A stretch of 64,000 nt of DNA from an uncultured Planctomycetia bacterium. GTDB taxonomy: Bacteria > Omnitrophota > Gorgyraeia > 2-02-FULL-51-18. The notes beneath the pieces were generated by a model, which was not told the origin of the DNA, made no database searches, and saw nothing but the letters and a program-made list of their open reading frames with translations. Every line of letters begins with the position of its first letter. Within the stretch, counting starts at the first letter, position 1. Shown here in pieces: positions 12,794 to 22,623 of the stretch. Where the stretch lies: positions 7,519 through 71,518 of the forward strand of contig CAYSKO010000004.1 in assembly GCA_964431835.1 (NCBI GenBank). The letters run 5' to 3'. Position numbers and translations under genes: made by a program.

Positions 12794-13711
12794 TCAAGCG
12801 CGTTGTCCGGCCGGATCCTTCAGATCGTAGCGGGTCCCTTCGACGGCGGTCACTTTGCGGAATTCCTGCATGATGCGCCCGGTGGACGGGCCGGGGCGGC
12901 CCTCCCCGATGATACGGTTGTCGATTTTCACGACGGGAACGATCTCGGCGCCGGTTCCGGTGAGAAAAACTTCGTCGGCGGTGTAAAGATCGTGGCGCGT
13001 AAAGACTTCCTCCGAGACGCGAAGTCCGAGCTTCGTGCCGAGCGCCATGACGACGTCTCGCGTGATGCCCTTCAAGATGCCCACGTACGGAGGAGGCGTC
13101 ACGAGCGCGCCACCCTTCACGTAGAAGATGTTCTCGCCGGTGCATTCAGTGACGTAGCCTTGCGCGTTAAGCATGAGCGCTTCGCTCACGCCCGCGTTCG
13201 TGGCTTCGATCCGCGCGAGGATGTTGTTGAGATAGTTGAGCGTCTTGAGCTGAGGGTTCACGGCCTCGACGTGGTTGCGCACCGTCGCGGCAGTCACGAT
13301 CGCGATCCCCTTCTCGTACAGCTCCTTCGAGTACATCGCGATCTTGTCGGCGATGATGAAGAGAGTGGCCTTCGCGCATTTGCGGGGGTCGAGCCCGAGG
13401 TCGCCAGGCCCGCGGGTGACGACGAGGCGGATGTACGCGTCGCGCAGCGAGTTCGCCTGAAGTGTTTCGATGACGGCGCGCTCGAGCGCGTCCTTCGGGA
13501 GCGGAACTTCGAGCATGAGCGTGTGTGCGGATTCGTAAAGGCGATCCAGGTGCTCGGAGAGCTTGAACACGACGCCGTCGTACGAGCGAATTCCCTCGAA
13601 CACCCCGTCGCCGTACAAGAGGCCGTGGTCGAACACGCTCACGACCGCCTTCTCGCGGTCCACGAGACGGCCGTCCAGCCAGATTTTCAGGTTCCCCTTC
13701 GCGTCGCTCAC
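12794..13711 (-). CDS. ilvE: branched-chain amino acid aminotransferase
   Basis: GTG at 13709-13711 preceded by GGGAGG; product starts (M)SDAKGNLKIWLDGRLV, the typical IlvE N-terminus. GTGA overlap with the lolD stop. The track ORF 12794..14275 over-extends into lolD. Confidence 0.85.
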   Translation of the reverse strand: MSDAKGNLKIWLDGRLVDREKAVVSVFDHGLLYGDGVFEGIRSYDGVVFKLSEHLDRLYESAHTLMLEVPLPKDALERAVIETLQANSLRDAYIRLVVTRGPGDLGLDPRKCAKATLFIIADKIAMYSKELYEKGIAIVTAATVRNHVEAVNPQLKTLNYLNNILARIEATNAGVSEALMLNAQGYVTECTGENIFYVKGGALVTPPPYVGILKGITRDVVMALGTKLGLRVSEEVFTRHDLYTADEVFLTGTGAEIVPVVKIDNRIIGEGRPGPSTGRIMQEFRKVTAVEGTRYDLKDPAGQRA

Positions 13712-14406
13712 CGTTCCTCCCAATCCCGTTTCTCGATGTTCCAAACCCGGTCCGTCATCTTCGCGATCCGCTCGTCGTGCGTGACGAGAACCACCGTACA
13801 CTTTTCCTTCCGGAAAACGTCCGACAAAAGCTCCGCGACGTCGCGGCCGGTCGCCGCGTCCAGATTCCCCGTCGGCTCGTCGCAGAAAAGGATTTCGGGG
13901 TCGTTGATGAGCGCCCGCGCGATCGCCACGCGCTGCTGCTCGCCGCCCGAAAGCTCGCTTGGGAAATGCGTCGCGCGGTCCTTGAGACCCACGCGCTCGA
14001 GGAGCCCCGCCGCGCGGTCGTGCGCCCGGTCGCGCTCCGACTTCTCTTTTCGAAGAAGAAGAGGCAGCATCACGTTCTCGAGCGCCGTGAATTCCGGCAA
14101 AAGATGGTAGAACTGAAAAACGAAACCGATCTTCCTGTTCCGGAAAGCGGCTTTTTCGTTCTCGCCGAGGGCGTGGACGTCGACGCCGGACAAGAGCACT
14201 TTGCCGGAATCGGCCCGGTCGAGGCCAGAAAGCACGTTCAAAAGCGTCGTCTTTCCGGAACCCGAAGGACCCCAAATCGCGACGCCCTGTCCCTTCGGAA
14301 CCTTCAAATTTATCCCCGAAAACACCTCGAGGCGGCGACTGCCGTCCCAGTATACCCTGCTCAGACCGGAGGCTTCAATACTTGTTGTTTCGACCGCATC
14401 ACTCAT
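13708..14406 (-). CDS. lolD: lipoprotein-releasing system ATP-binding protein LolD
   Basis: 232 aa ABC ATPase (GPSGSGKTT, LSGGEQQRVAIARAL), adjacent to a LolC/E-type permease. Confidence 0.85.
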   Translation of the reverse strand: MSDAVETTSIEASGLSRVYWDGSRRLEVFSGINLKVPKGQGVAIWGPSGSGKTTLLNVLSGLDRADSGKVLLSGVDVHALGENEKAAFRNRKIGFVFQFYHLLPEFTALENVMLPLLLRKEKSERDRAHDRAAGLLERVGLKDRATHFPSELSGGEQQRVAIARALINDPEILFCDEPTGNLDAATGRDVAELLSDVFRKEKCTVVLVTHDERIAKMTDRVWNIEKRDWEER

Positions 14407-15577
14407 AGCGAAGAGCCCGTACAGGGTCCAAGCGGCCGGCCATCCACGCGGGATAGAACGCCGAAACGAGGCTGAGGACGATGGCGGTCGCGACGACCAG
14501 GAACGTATCCTGGAGGTCCATCCGCACCGGAATGCGGTTCACGTAATAAATCTCCTTGGGCAGCTCGAGCAGCGGGTAGCGGTCAAGCGCCCAGCAGAGC
14601 GTTGAACCGACCGCGAGCCCCGCAGCCGCTCCGGCGACGCCGATAAAGAGGCCGTCGTACACGAAAATCCGCACGAGCGCACCCGGCGACGCGCCCAGCG
14701 CCTTCAACACGCCCATGTCCTTCGTCTTGTCCATGACGAGAATCGTGAGGCTGCCGGCGATATTGAGACACGCGACGAGGATGATGAGCGCGAGGATCAG
14801 GAACATCACCACCTTCTCGAGCTTGAGCGCCGCGAAAAGCATGCGGTTCATGTCCATCCAGGTCCGCACGCGGAATCCTGAGAGTTTGGGAGCGAGGGAT
14901 TTTTTGAACGCGTCCGCGCGGTCGGGGTCATCGAGCGCGACAGAGACACCGGTCACCGCCTCCCCCATTCCGTAAAGACTCTGCGCGTTGGCGAGGTTGA
15001 GGAAAAGGAGGTTCGCGTCGTACTCGTACATGCCGGACGAAAAAATTCCCTCCACGCGGAACGTGCGCGGCTTGTCCTGCTTCTGCGTGAGGATCTTGAA
15101 TTCGGAACCCATGACGAGCCCGGCGCGCTTGGCGAGTTCGAGGCCGAGCACCGCGCCGTCGGGGGCGTCGGTGAGCGCACCGCGCGAGACATGGCGCCCG
15201 AACCGGGAGACTTTCTCTTCGGCCTTCGGGTCGAGGCCGCGCACAAGGACACCGGTTCCCCAGTCGCCGCTTTGGAGGAGCGCCTGGCCCTCGACGTACG
15301 GCGCGGCGCCGACCGCGCCCGGTAAGGCGGCGAGCTTCGCGGTGAGCGCGGCGTGCCCCGTGAGCAACGGATCCTTTTCGACGGAGACGTGCGCGTGCAG
15401 GCCAATGATTCGTTCCTTCAAGTCCGAATCGAAGCCGTTCATCACGGCGAGGGTGGTGATGAGGGCAGCGACACCGACGGCGATGCCGAGAATGGAGATA
15501 GTTCCGATGATTCCGACGAAGGGGTGGCGCCGTTTGGAGAAGATATAGCGCCTCGCGATCAGGCGCTCCGCGCTCAT
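14399..15577 (-). CDS. lolC: lipoprotein-releasing system permease (LolC/LolE family, FtsX-like)
   Basis: 392 aa; N-terminal TM, large periplasmic loop, C-terminal FtsX-like 3-TM bundle. A single permease gene next to lolD. Confidence 0.8.
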   Translation of the reverse strand: MSAERLIARRYIFSKRRHPFVGIIGTISILGIAVGVAALITTLAVMNGFDSDLKERIIGLHAHVSVEKDPLLTGHAALTAKLAALPGAVGAAPYVEGQALLQSGDWGTGVLVRGLDPKAEEKVSRFGRHVSRGALTDAPDGAVLGLELAKRAGLVMGSEFKILTQKQDKPRTFRVEGIFSSGMYEYDANLLFLNLANAQSLYGMGEAVTGVSVALDDPDRADAFKKSLAPKLSGFRVRTWMDMNRMLFAALKLEKVVMFLILALIILVACLNIAGSLTILVMDKTKDMGVLKALGASPGALVRIFVYDGLFIGVAGAAAGLAVGSTLCWALDRYPLLELPKEIYYVNRIPVRMDLQDTFLVVATAIVLSLVSAFYPAWMAGRLDPVRALRYE

Positions 15578-17046
15578 GCGCCTTTCTCGGGCTTCATCTG
15601 CGGGAAAAGAATGACTTCGCGAATCGAGGGCTGGGTAACGAGAAGCATCGTGAGGCGGTCGATCCCGATTCCCAGACCGCCGGCGGGCGGCATGCCGTGC
15701 TCGAGCGCGTAGAGGAAGTCCTCGTCGAGCGCCTGCTCTGGTTTTTTGCCCGCTTCTTTCAATTCTTCCATAAAGCGCTCGCGCTGCTCGATCGGGTCGT
15801 TCTGCTCCGAATAGCCGTTGGCGACTTCCATTCCGCCCACGTACAACTCGAAGCGGTCGGCCAGGTGCGGGTTCTTTTTGTTCTTGCGCGCAAGCGGCGA
15901 GATTTCAGCGAAGTATTCGGTGACGAAGAAGGGCTCGAGCACGGAGGCGTCGCCGGAAGGATTCACCGGCAGAAGGTCGCCGACGATGTTGATGATCTGC
16001 GTGCGCGAGACGTTCTGGCCCTTCACGTCGACGCCCTTCTCCTTCAGCTTCACGATCCACGAGGCGAGCTCGTCCTCGGGCACGATGCCGAAATGCTCTT
16101 TCATGAGACCCGCGAAAGACAGGCGGTGCCACTTCGAAAGGTCAAGCGTCTTGCCCTCGCCGGCAGGGATCTGCAGCTTACCGAACGCAGCGAGCGCCGC
16201 GTTCTTCACGATCTCTTCGCAGAGATCCATCACGTTATTCACGTCGTGGTACGCCGTGTAGACCTCGAGCATCGTGAACTCGGGGTTGTGGCGCGTCGAG
16301 ATGCCTTCGTTACGGAAACTTTTGTTCACCTCGTAGACCTTCTCGTACCCGCCGACGAGAAGCTTCTTGAGATAAAGTTCGGGAGCGACGCGCAGGAAAA
16401 GCGGAATGTCGAGCGCCTCGTGGTGAGTCGCGAACGGCTTGCCGGCCGCGCCGCCGGGGATCGGATGCATCATCGGGGTCTCAACTTCGAGATAGCCTTT
16501 GTCGTCCAGGGTCTTTCGGATCGAACGCACGATCTGCGACCTCTTCTTGAAAATCTCTCGCGATTCCTCGTTCGCGATGAGGTCGAGGTACCGGTGGCGA
16601 TAACGCTTCTCGACGTCCTTCAAACCGTGCCATTTCTCGGGCATCGGGCGAAGGCTCTTCGAAAGGAGGTGGATGCGGGACGCGCGGATCGATATCTCCC
16701 CCGTCTTCGTCGTGAAGAGCTCGCCTTCGACGCCGATCCAGTCGCCGAGATCGAGAAGGTCGAACACCGCGCGGTCGGTTTCGGGGAGCTCCTCTTTCTT
16801 CACGAAAAGCTGCACGCGGCCGGAGTCATCGCGCAGGTCGCAGAAGACGGTCTTTCCCATGAACCGCATCGCCGAAAGGCGGCCGGCCGAAACGACGGAT
16901 TTCTTGTCGGCGAAGCCCGCGACCGTGGCCGCGATCGGCTCGGTTTTGGGGAACGCGCCGCCGAACGGATCGATCCCGAGCGCCTTTAAGGCCTCGAGTT
17001 TCCGGTAACGTTCCTTCAGGAGATCGTTCGTCTGGAGATCGCTCAT
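15574..17046 (-). CDS. lysS: lysine--tRNA ligase (class II)
   Basis: 490 aa; N-terminal OB anticodon-binding fold and class II catalytic core; ATG at 17044-17046. Confidence 0.92.
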   Translation of the reverse strand: MSDLQTNDLLKERYRKLEALKALGIDPFGGAFPKTEPIAATVAGFADKKSVVSAGRLSAMRFMGKTVFCDLRDDSGRVQLFVKKEELPETDRAVFDLLDLGDWIGVEGELFTTKTGEISIRASRIHLLSKSLRPMPEKWHGLKDVEKRYRHRYLDLIANEESREIFKKRSQIVRSIRKTLDDKGYLEVETPMMHPIPGGAAGKPFATHHEALDIPLFLRVAPELYLKKLLVGGYEKVYEVNKSFRNEGISTRHNPEFTMLEVYTAYHDVNNVMDLCEEIVKNAALAAFGKLQIPAGEGKTLDLSKWHRLSFAGLMKEHFGIVPEDELASWIVKLKEKGVDVKGQNVSRTQIINIVGDLLPVNPSGDASVLEPFFVTEYFAEISPLARKNKKNPHLADRFELYVGGMEVANGYSEQNDPIEQRERFMEELKEAGKKPEQALDEDFLYALEHGMPPAGGLGIGIDRLTMLLVTQPSIREVILFPQMKPEKGA

Positions 17047-17087
17047 AAGCGCCTTATTCTATTCGACAATCGCCCCGGATGCAACAC

Positions 17088-17306
17088 GGGGAAGTTTGTG
17101 TCTTTTTCTTCTCCGGGACCACAAAGCGTTCAATTCGGCGAAAACCGTAAGCGTGGCTCCCTACGAAGAAAAAGACACAAACTTCCCCCGTAGCGGCCCC
17201 GCGAGGCGATCCGCGTCTTTCCTTCGTAGGGATCCACGCTTACGGTTCTGGTCGAATTTAGGCCTTTGTGGTCCCGTAGAAGGAAAGTCGCGGATCAGCT
17301 CGCGGG
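17088..17306. repeat. composite element of three interleaved inverted repeats (IR1 perfect 24 bp; IR2 about 56 bp imperfect; IR3 25 bp with 3 mismatches)
   Basis: IR1 17088-17111 = reverse complement of 17165-17188 (24/24). IR2 17113-17168 vs 17222-17277, core ccgtaagcgtggctccctacgaag 23/24, about 48/56 overall. IR3 17198-17222 vs 17282-17306 (22/25). Spacers 53, 53 and 59 nt. Arm order is 1L, 2L, 1R, 3L, 2R, 3R. Locally AT-richer than the flanks; no T-tracts follow any stem. Confidence 0.85.
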
Positions 17307-17309
17307 AAC

Positions 17310-18932
17310 CTATACGCGCGAGTAGGCGTGGTGCTTCGAGTGGTCGAAGTAGGCGAAGGCCGCCACGCCCCAAAGGAGGACGATGAAAAGTTCGCCGAAG
17401 CGGGTGTAGAGCGAGGTGACTCGTCGAAGCGTGATGTCCTGCGCCCGGTAGCCGGTCACGAAGATCTCTTCGCCGTTGTCCTCAACGCTTGAGAGCGTGC
17501 GGCCCGTCGCGTCGATGAAAGCCGACCAGCCCGTATTCGCCGCGCGGACCACTGGTACGCGGTTTTCGACCGCACGGAACGTCGACGCCTGTCCGTGCTG
17601 GTACGGGGCGGACGTCTTCCCGAACCAGGCGTCGTTGGTCACGTTCACGAGAAAGTTTGCGCCGTGGCGGACGAAATCGCGCGTTAGCGACGGAAACATG
17701 TCTTCGTAGCAGATGAGCGTCGCGAACTTCGCCCGGACCGCGGTCTTCCGGTGACGCGATCTCGCCTCGAAGATCGTGAATTCCTCACCTGGGGAAAAGT
17801 CACCGATCGGCGGCGAGACGGCGCGGATAAATCCGAGCAGTGGCTCCAAGGGCAGGTACTCGCCGAACGGCACGAGATGCATCTTGGAATAACGCCGGCG
17901 CTCTTCCCCGTCGGGGCCGAAGTGGATCGCGCTGTTGTAGAAACGAACACCCCGGTCGGTGACGTCGCCGATGGTCGGCGCACCGATGAGCGCCTCGGCC
18001 CGCGAATGGCGAACGAGGCTCCGGAGGTGAGCGGACATGAGCGGTTCGTCCTCGAGAAATCCCGGGAACGACGTCTCGGGCCAAACGATAAGATCGGACT
18101 TCTCAACCGCGCACATGAACGAAAGCCGCTTGTACTTCTCGAAAATGATGTTCTTGATGCGGCGGTCCCATTTCTCTTCCTGCGGCACGTTGCCCTGCAC
18201 CACCGAGACCCGGAGCACGGCCTTCGGCGCCGGCGAACGGTAAAACGTGTCCCATTCGATGAGTCGCCACGCCCCGTAGCCGAGCGCGAGCGCCCACGAC
18301 GCCGTAAAGATCGCAGCGAGGAGCGTGAGATAGCGCCGGCGGGAACCGCGTGAGAGCGCGTCCTCGGCGCGCCGGGAACCTGAGGCTTCCTTGAGCAGCT
18401 TGAAGAGCGCCGCATTCGAGAAAAGGACGAACCACGAAACGCCCCACACGCCGAAGGTGTCCGCGCACTGGATGAGCTGGACGTTCTTCCACTGCGCATG
18501 ACCGATGATCCCCAGCGGCAGGCCGCTGAAGAGGTTCGAGCGCACCCATTCGGCCAGCGTCCAGATCGACGGAATAAAAAAAACGCCACGCAGGCTGCGA
18601 CGGAACACGGTGCCGTCGAGCTCCGCGGAAGGATCGATCCACGGACGGAACGCCGCCGCGGCTGCGGCCGGATAAAGCGCGAGGTAAGCGGAGGAAAGCA
18701 CCCAGCCGGGAACCGTGACGAGCGCCATCGGATAAGAGACGGAAAGAAAAAAAGCGAAACCGAAAAGGTACGCTGTTTTCAGCGCGTCTCCGGTCGAGGG
18801 GGAGATTCCGAGGGCCGCGAAGAGAGGGACGAAAGCGACGAACTGGAGCGGCGCCCAGCGCGGATCGTGAAAACCCGCTGCCGCCGCGAGAGCCGCGAGA
18901 AGGACGACGAGCGCGTCCCTAAATCGCCTCAT
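17310..18932 (-). CDS. lnt: apolipoprotein N-acyltransferase
   Basis: 540 aa; N-terminal multi-TM domain and C-terminal CN-hydrolase (nitrilase-like) domain. Confidence 0.9.
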   Translation of the reverse strand: MRRFRDALVVLLAALAAAAGFHDPRWAPLQFVAFVPLFAALGISPSTGDALKTAYLFGFAFFLSVSYPMALVTVPGWVLSSAYLALYPAAAAAAFRPWIDPSAELDGTVFRRSLRGVFFIPSIWTLAEWVRSNLFSGLPLGIIGHAQWKNVQLIQCADTFGVWGVSWFVLFSNAALFKLLKEASGSRRAEDALSRGSRRRYLTLLAAIFTASWALALGYGAWRLIEWDTFYRSPAPKAVLRVSVVQGNVPQEEKWDRRIKNIIFEKYKRLSFMCAVEKSDLIVWPETSFPGFLEDEPLMSAHLRSLVRHSRAEALIGAPTIGDVTDRGVRFYNSAIHFGPDGEERRRYSKMHLVPFGEYLPLEPLLGFIRAVSPPIGDFSPGEEFTIFEARSRHRKTAVRAKFATLICYEDMFPSLTRDFVRHGANFLVNVTNDAWFGKTSAPYQHGQASTFRAVENRVPVVRAANTGWSAFIDATGRTLSSVEDNGEEIFVTGYRAQDITLRRVTSLYTRFGELFIVLLWGVAAFAYFDHSKHHAYSRV

Positions 18933-18935
18933 CCC

Positions 18936-21512
18936 TTAGGCGGCGCCGTGACATTTTTTGAACTTTTTTCCGCTCCCGCAGTGGCAAGGCTCGTTGCGGC
19001 CGACCTTGTCATCGGGAGCCTGGGCGGCGGCATGCGGGGCGGCCTTTGCCGGCGCGGGGATGTCTAATTGGTCCGCCTGCTGCGCGGGCCCACCGGACGG
19101 AGCGGTCATCGGCCCCGCCTCGGGATGCAGGAACTGGAGCGGCATGCGGCGCGGCGCGGGCTCGGGACGCGGCTCGCGCGAGGCGGGTTGGACGCGGAAG
19201 ATGAACGCGATCGCGTCTTCCTTGATGGACTGGATCATTTCTTGGAAGGCGTCGTACGCCTCGCGCTTGTACTCGACGAGCGGGTCCTTGTGGCCGTACG
19301 CGCGCAGGCCGATGCCCTCGCGGAGGTTGTCCATGCCGCGCAGATGGTCTTTCCACTTGGAGTCGACGACGTCGAGAAGGATCATGCGCTCGAGGCCCCG
19401 CATGAACTCCGGTCTGATCTCCTTTTCCTTCGCCTCGTAAGCAGCTTTCGCGCGCTCGATGAGCCGTTCGGTGAGCGCTTCCCCCGGCATCCCCTCAAGG
19501 TCGGCGATCGAGACGGTGGGGAAAATCTTGCGGACCGCCTCCGCGAGCGCGGCAAACGCTTCCTCGGCCTCGGGAGCGCCTTGGGAGGCAATCGCGTCAG
19601 CGACCTCCTCGATCATGCCCAGATAGTGCTCGCGCAAATCGACGCCCTCGAGCACCCTGCGGCGTTCCGTGTAGATCACTTCGCGCTGATGGTTCATGAC
19701 GTTGTCGTAATCCAGGAGGTGCTTGCGGATTTCGAAGTTGCGGCCTTCGACGCGCTTCTGGGCCGTGGCGATGGCGCGGTTGATGAGCGGGTGCTCGATC
19801 TCCTGCCCTTCCTCCATCCCGAGCTTTTGCATGAAACCCGAGATGCGGTCGGATCCGAAGATGCGCATGAGATCGTCTTCGAGCGAGAGGTAGAAACGGG
19901 ACGCGCCCGGGTCGCCTTGACGGCCAGAGCGTCCGCGCAGCTGGTTGTCGATGCGGCGCGCTTCGTGGCGTTCGGTGCCGAGCACGAAAAGACCGCCGAG
20001 GTCCTTCACGCCTTCTCCGAGAAGGATGTCGGTGCCACGTCCGGCCATATTGGTCGCGATCGTGACCGTGCTTTTTTGGCCGGCGGTCTTGATGATTTCG
20101 GCTTCCTGCTCGTGGTACTTCGCGTTGAGGACGTTGTGGATCACGTGGGTCTTCCGGAGCATGTTGGAGAGAAGCTCGGATTTCTCGATGGAGACCGTTC
20201 CTACGAGCACCGGCTGGCCTTTGGCGTGTAGCTCCACGACTTCGCTCACGACCGCGGTGAACTTCTCGCGTTCGGTGCGGTAGACGCGGTCGCCCAGATC
20301 CTTGCGGATCAGTGGGCGGTTGGAAGGCACCACGACGACGTCGAGTTTATAGATCGTGTGGAATTCCTGGGCTTCGGTCTGCGCGGTGCCCGTCATGCCG
20401 GCGAGCTTCCCGTACATGCGGAAGAAGTTCTGGAACGTGACGGTCGCGAGCGTCTGATTCTCTTCCTCGACCGTGACCCCTTCTTTCGCCTCGAGCGCTT
20501 GGTGCAGGCCGTCCGAATAACGGCGTCCGGGCATGAGGCGTCCCGTGAATTCGTCGACGATCACGACCTCCCCTTCGGCGCTCACGACGTAATCGACGTC
20601 CTTCCGGAAGAGCGTGTGCGCGCGGAGCGCCTGGTTCACGTGATGAACGAGCTCGACGTTCGAAGGATCGTAAAGATTCTCGACGGCAAGAAGCGCCTCG
20701 ACTTTCTTCACGCCCTTGTCCGTAAGAGCAACGGTCTTGGTCTTTTCCTCGATCTGGTAATCCTCCTCCTTGTGGAGGCCGGGGATGATCTTGTTGATCG
20801 CGTAATACTTGTCCGTCGATTCCTCGCTGGGGCCCGAGATGATGAGCGGCGTGCGGGCTTCGTCGATGAGGATCGAATCGACTTCGTCGACGATCGCATA
20901 GTGAAGCGGGCGCTGGACGCGTTGGGAGAGGTGGCGCACCATATTGTCGCGCAGGTAGTCGAAGCCGTATTCGTTGTTCGTTCCGAATGTGATGTCCGAA
21001 CCGTAAGCGGCCTGGCGCTCGGCCTGGGAGGAGCCATGCTGGATGACTCCCACCGTGAGTCCGAGAAATTCGTACACGGGACCCATCCATCCGCGGTCGC
21101 GGCGGGCGAGGTAGTCGTTCACTGTCACGACGTGAACGCCCTTACCCACGAGCGCGTTGAGATAAACAGGCAGGGTTCCTACAAGAGTCTTGCCTTCGCC
21201 GGTGCCCATCTCCGCGATCTTCCCGGAATGAAGGACCATGCCGCCAATCATCTGGGTATCGAAATGGCGCATTTTGAGCACGCGCTTAGACGTCTCGCGG
21301 ACGACCGCGAACGCGTCATGGAGGATCGCGTCGGTCGTCTCCCCGTTCTTGAGGCGATCGCGGAAGGCGTCGGTCATGGCGCGCAGCTCCGCGTCGGTCA
21401 TCTTCTCGTAGTGCGCCTCGAGCGCGGTGATCTTTTTCACGCGCGGCCAAATCTTGCGCAGCAAACGGTCGTTCTGCGAACCAAACACCTTCGTGAGAGT
21501 CCAGCCGATCAT
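18936..21512 (-). CDS. secA: preprotein translocase ATPase SecA
   Basis: 858 aa; DEAD-like motor (GTGEGKT), preprotein cross-linking domain, C-terminal zinc finger [14 protein letters not shown]. Confidence 0.95.
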   Translation of the reverse strand: MIGWTLTKVFGSQNDRLLRKIWPRVKKITALEAHYEKMTDAELRAMTDAFRDRLKNGETTDAILHDAFAVVRETSKRVLKMRHFDTQMIGGMVLHSGKIAEMGTGEGKTLVGTLPVYLNALVGKGVHVVTVNDYLARRDRGWMGPVYEFLGLTVGVIQHGSSQAERQAAYGSDITFGTNNEYGFDYLRDNMVRHLSQRVQRPLHYAIVDEVDSILIDEARTPLIISGPSEESTDKYYAINKIIPGLHKEEDYQIEEKTKTVALTDKGVKKVEALLAVENLYDPSNVELVHHVNQALRAHTLFRKDVDYVVSAEGEVVIVDEFTGRLMPGRRYSDGLHQALEAKEGVTVEEENQTLATVTFQNFFRMYGKLAGMTGTAQTEAQEFHTIYKLDVVVVPSNRPLIRKDLGDRVYRTEREKFTAVVSEVVELHAKGQPVLVGTVSIEKSELLSNMLRKTHVIHNVLNAKYHEQEAEIIKTAGQKSTVTIATNMAGRGTDILLGEGVKDLGGLFVLGTERHEARRIDNQLRGRSGRQGDPGASRFYLSLEDDLMRIFGSDRISGFMQKLGMEEGQEIEHPLINRAIATAQKRVEGRNFEIRKHLLDYDNVMNHQREVIYTERRRVLEGVDLREHYLGMIEEVADAIASQGAPEAEEAFAALAEAVRKIFPTVSIADLEGMPGEALTERLIERAKAAYEAKEKEIRPEFMRGLERMILLDVVDSKWKDHLRGMDNLREGIGLRAYGHKDPLVEYKREAYDAFQEMIQSIKEDAIAFIFRVQPASREPRPEPAPRRMPLQFLHPEAGPMTAPSGGPAQQADQLDIPAPAKAAPHAAAQAPDDKVGRNEPCHCGSGKKFKKCHGAA

Positions 21513-21515
21513 CTT

Positions 21516-22623
21516 TTATCCTTTCGAATCCGCGCCCAGTGAGCGCAGGTACGCCTCGAGAAATCCGTCGATATCGCCGTCCATGACCGCCTGCGAGTTC
21601 GAGGTTTCGAAATCCGTCCGGTGATCCTTCACCATACGGTACGGGTAGAGAACGTAGGAGCGTATCTGGCTGCCCCAAGCGATCTCCTGCTTTTCGCCGT
21701 ACGACTTCTGTTGTTCCGCATTGCGCTTGGCCATCTCACGCTCGTAGAGACGGCTTTTCAGCACCTTGAGCGCGGTGGCGCGATTCTTGATCTGAGAGCG
21801 TTCGTTTTGGCACTGCACGACCAGGCCCGAGGCCATATGCGTGATACGGACCGCCGAATCGGTGGTGTTGACGCCCTGACCGCCTTTGCCGCCCGAGCGG
21901 AACACGTCCACGCGGATGTCCACGTCCTTCACTTCGATCTTGATATCGTCCTCGACCTCGGGGATCACTTCGACGGAGGCGAACGAGGTGTGGCGTCGTT
22001 TGTTGGAGTCGAACGGCGAGATGCGGACGAGTCGGTGAACGCCGTTTTCCGATTTCATATACCCGTAGACGAAGGAACCTTCGACGAGCATCGTCACGTT
22101 CTTCACGCCGGCTTCTTCGCCGGGGAGCAGGTCGATGATGTCGATCTTATGGCCATGCTGCTCCGCCCAGCGCGTGTACATGCGAAGCAGCATCGATGCC
22201 CAATCGCAGGCCTCGGTGCCGCCGGCGCCCGCGTTGATGGCGACGATCGCGCTATTCTTGTCGGCGGGACCGGAAAGAAGCTTCTGGAATTCGAGCGCTC
22301 CGACACCTTTCACGAAAGCGGAAAGCTCCGCGTCCAGGTGTTTGAGGGATTCGGCGTCGCCGTCTTCGGTGATTTCGAGCAGGCCGTCGAGTTCGGCGCC
22401 TTCTTCCCGAAGCCGGACGTAAGAGCCGGTGCTCGCCTTCAGCGCTTTCAGCTCCTGGATCACGGCATTCTGGCCGCCGCCGGACGTCCAAAAATCGGAC
22501 TCGGCTATCTTGCTCTCTAGCTCGTCGACTCGGCTCCTGAGTTTATCGACGTCAAAGATACCTCCCCAGGGCGTCGAGCTTCTCGCGCGCGGCCTTGAGT
22601 TTTTCCTGCAGATCCTTTTTCAA
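21516..22623 (-). CDS. prfB: peptide chain release factor 2, translated via programmed +1 frameshift (join 22623..22555 and 22553..21516, minus strand)
   Basis: Frame 0: TTG at 22621-22623 gives (M)KKDLQEKLKAAREKLDALGRYL, then in-frame TGA at 22552-22554. The +1 frame continues DVDKLRSRVDELESKIAESDFW... into ORF 21516..22463, which carries the RF2 SPF motif and GGQ. Total 368 aa. Confidence 0.9.
22551..22566 (-). other. RF2 autoregulatory +1 frameshift site: SD-like GGGAGG, then UAU CUU UGA C
   Basis: Minus strand reads GGGAGG TAT CTT TGA C: the canonical CUU UGA C slippery/stop context with an upstream Shine-Dalgarno-like element 3 nt before CUU. Confidence 0.85.

Noticed and set aside
17088-17306. 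Interpreting the inverted repeats as rho-independent terminators, a lysine riboswitch (L-box) or a T-box leader for lysS
   Set aside because: None of the stems is followed by a U-tract on either strand. No L-box or T-box conserved motifs (for example AANNNGGGUGGNACCGCG) are present. Perfect 24-bp stems are atypical for those families.
17096-17386. Track ORFs 17096..17386 (+) and 17161..17373 (-) inside the lnt-lysS inverted-repeat element
   Set aside because: They overlap a region dominated by long inverted repeats. They have no RBS or coding-like codon bias, and their products are low-complexity. Treated as non-coding.
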